DNA of 52,613 nucleotides, from positions 1-52,613 of the forward strand of contig ADNK01002652.1 in assembly GCA_000320545.1 (NCBI GenBank), in the 5' to 3' direction. Shown one piece after another: positions 50,752 to 52,613 of this stretch (position 1 is its first letter; each line of letters opens with the position of its first letter). The notes beneath the pieces are model-generated. The model was given only the letters and a program-made list of their open reading frames with translations, was not told where the DNA came from and made no database searches. The translations under genes and the position numbers were made by a program. This stretch comes from Bigelowiella natans CCMP2755 (taxonomy: Eukaryota; Protista; Cercozoa).

Positions 50752-52613
50752 CTACTCGTCTTTGCTTTTCAGCATTTCCTGCGCCTTCCGGACAAGACTG
50801 GCTTTGTACGACTGAATCGTGCCTTTCCATGGCTTGATGCATTTCTCCGCGCAGATCCTTCGATTTGGATATGGAGAAGAAGAAATTAGCGTTTGGGCGT
50901 TCATGGAATGCCCACACGTCACTTCGGGGAGTCATATGAAAACTGTGCAACGACTACGATGCGATTGATATCCGTGAAAACCATCGACGCCTCCATTCCA
51001 TAGAAACGAAGATGTGAATGCTCTCTGTGTTGTGTGTTTTGAACGCTTCTCGCCACCCCCGAGAACATCATGGTCTACTATCATCTACCGCCCCCATTCT
51101 CACCAAATCTCCTTCGCTACTTGGTCGATCAGGCGGAAATCGTGCGACACCTGCGCGTATTTTGGTGATAATAACAACAAGCAATAATGATTATGTTAGT
51201 GATGATCATCATCAACGCTATGGTCCGAAGAGGACACACCCATATTAGATCTTTACCACCACACTTTTCTTATACTTCCTGCAAATATTGCCCGCTACTC
51301 GTAAAGCAAGTTGGATGTTCTCTCTCTCTCTCTCTCACACACTCTCTCTCTCTCTCCCCCCCTCCCCCTTTCCCCCCTCCCTCTACCAGACCACGCGTGC
51401 ACATGCTACAGCAAGGGTGTTCTTTAGGGTCACACCAAGAAAACTCCTCCGTTGAATTTGTTAATGGCCATTGCCAGGGAATCGATCGATTCCATATCCT
51501 ACCGCAGCGACGACGACGACAAACGAGGAGGGGGGGGGAGGGAGGAGGAGTTGAGTGATTCATATGAGCAGTATGGGCCAACTATTTACCTCCCCCCCCT
51601 TCCTACAGCATAAATATTGATTTACTAATAAATATGTGTATATTGTTGATATCGTCCATAAGATATACTACGACAACAATTACTACATCGACGTTTACCA
51701 AGTGATTGGTCGGCTCATCGAGAATAATCATATTCGGCGACTGAAGGGCCAGCATCGAGAACACGATCCTTTCAATGCCAAAAAACATTTCGTTCAGTGC
51801 GGCAATAGAGACCAACAACCGATCCCCAGAAAACATCGAAGGAATTCGGCCCTGCGACAGGAGCCGCAGCGAAACCGTCATTAATACTTCTGAACATACG
51901 TAATATGCGTATATGTGTGCGGGGATATGTATCTTTAGTATCTTGGAGAAAGATCGATGTATCCTCATCTCTTCTTCGTGGACCAACACCAGCAGCCTCC
52001 CCAACCACCACCACCGCCATCGTCACCATCATCAATCAATCAACAGCACCTCGTTCTCTGGCCGTCGGAGAGCTTTCCGATCAGCGACTTCTGCAGCTTC
52101 CCCGAGATACCGAATCGGCCGAGGTGCGCCCTCCATTCCTGCTCCTCCTTCTTGATGAGGGGGAACTGCTTCGGGACAAATTCCAGGGGGCACATCTTCT
52201 CATCGAGCTGCTCCACGGAGTGCTGGTGGTACCTGGTAGGTTGATATGCGCAGCATATGAATACACATGCATGTGTAGGGGGGGGGGGGGACGCGGAGGG
52301 GCACCGCACGGATGTGGGATCATGAGCACTGTCATCAAATCGGCAAGCACCATCAACTCAAATCCACATCATATCCGGTGCTATTCTATGGGCGATCCCA
52401 ACCTGCCAAAGGACAGGTGGATATGGCGCTTGATCTCCCCCTCCGTGGGGGTGAGATCTCCCACAGAAAAGCTTCAGAGGGTACTCTTTCCTGCCCCGTT
52501 GGGCCCTGGTAGGTAAAAACCGAGAAGAAGGGTTAGAGTGGGGGCGAGGGGTCCTAGCACGATATAAAGGGATAGCAGTGATGACGTTTGCAATGTACCA
52601 CTGCCCTCCAGCC
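50752..52613 (-). CDS. ABCF2: ABC-F family ATPase, ABCF2/ARB1-like, second nucleotide-binding domain and C-terminus (5' part outside the window)
   Basis: GPNGAGKSTL (Walker A), RYHQHSVEQLD, LGRFGISG, LSDGQRTRIVF (signature), [50 protein letters not shown]; TAG at 50752-50754. An apparent in-frame TGA follows Walker A (see findings). Confidence 0.93.

Noticed and set aside
1-52613. CRISPR array, tRNA/rRNA genes, autonomous transposase or reverse transcriptase, functional gene cluster
   Set aside because: No repeat-spacer array, structured RNA gene or TE protein motif was recognised, and neighbouring genes have unrelated functions.

Overview
Gene-dense, intron-rich eukaryotic nuclear DNA, most likely from a protist (a chlorarachniophyte/rhizarian-like genome is a guess from style only). 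Most ORFs in the supplied track are microsatellite or antisense artefacts. Splicing exons by hand gives about 11 genes: PP2C phosphatase (-, 3' end outside the window), mitochondrial lipoyl synthase (+), IphP/MptpB-type tyrosine phosphatase (-), a two-finger C2H2 protein (+), RanBP9/10 SPRY-LisH-CTLH-CRA (-), an FGD-like RhoGEF with DH-PH-FYVE-C2 architecture (+), a nearly intronless folate-biopterin transporter (+), a small granulin-like Cys-rich protein (-), a DXD glycosyltransferase (+), an unidentified multipass membrane protein (-) and the 3' part of ABCF2 (-). Most notable: (1) six 0.4-0.8 kb zones packed with short palindromes (GCTAGC, CTAG, GCATGC, TGCA, AGCT) sit just downstream of gene 3' ends, and every stop codon modelled here lies next to one; (2) a 346-bp foldback/MITE element with 121-bp inverted arms lies in the lipoyl synthase intron where the conserved 'GQY' exon is missing; (3) many AAG splice acceptors. 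All gene models were read manually and are unverified by alignment or RNA data.
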